DNA from: a virus
Lineage: Duplodnaviria; Caudoviricetes
Strand: one strand, 5' to 3'
Virus record (IMG/VR): IMGVR_UViG_2595698357_000001
Span: 32,001-96,000 of that record
DNA length: 64,000 bases
In this document: positions 63,977 to 64,000 of the stretch, in pieces
Position numbering within the stretch: the stretch's first letter is position 1
Layout: each line of letters begins with the position of its first letter
Notes under the pieces: model-generated
Databases searched by the model: none
What the model was told of the DNA's origin: nothing
The model's input: only the letters and a program-made list of their open reading frames with translations
Made by a program: the position numbers and the translations under genes

Positions 63977-64000
63977 TGATCATTTTGCCAACCGACGTCG

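Noticed and set aside
1-64000. tRNA genes, CRISPR arrays, group I introns, stop-codon recoding
   Set aside because: Gaps are short and explained by promoters and terminators. Core genes are full length in the standard code. tRNAscan and Infernal were not run.

Overview
This is 64 kb of a lytic T4-superfamily myovirus genome whose gene content and order match Ackermannviridae (ViI/CBA120-like). The genus cannot be fixed from this window alone. From left to right it contains: a branched receptor-binding cluster with at least 5 tailspike/fibre genes and two paralogous small partner genes; a minus-strand accessory island; the VriC-like baseplate protein; neck genes gp13-15; terminase (gp17 has a 159-aa mini-intein in Walker A); sheath; two tandem GIY-YIG endonucleases; tube, portal and head genes gp67/68/21/22/23; an accessory block (2OG-Fe(II) oxygenase-like, SLOG); gp3, UvsY, exonuclease and UvsW; an AT-rich candidate origin with two GCGAAGC/sheared-GA hairpins; clamp, clamp loader and RegA; MazG-like and aGPT-Pplase thymidine-hypermodification genes; a large accessory/anti-defence block; HU, DinG-like helicase, RNase H, gp55 and gp47/46; DUF4326; and an SLT-like protein. 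The accessory block holds a YfaP-like plus vWA module bracketed by 17-nt repeats, a Tad1-like protein, an acyl carrier protein lacking its phosphopantetheine Ser, exported proteins, and P22 gp17-like and Lar-like genes. Two promoter classes recur: TTCAAT-N13/14-TATAAT-like and (C)TAAATA late. No tRNA, rRNA or CRISPR array was seen. All family assignments come from motif recognition by eye, with no database searches.
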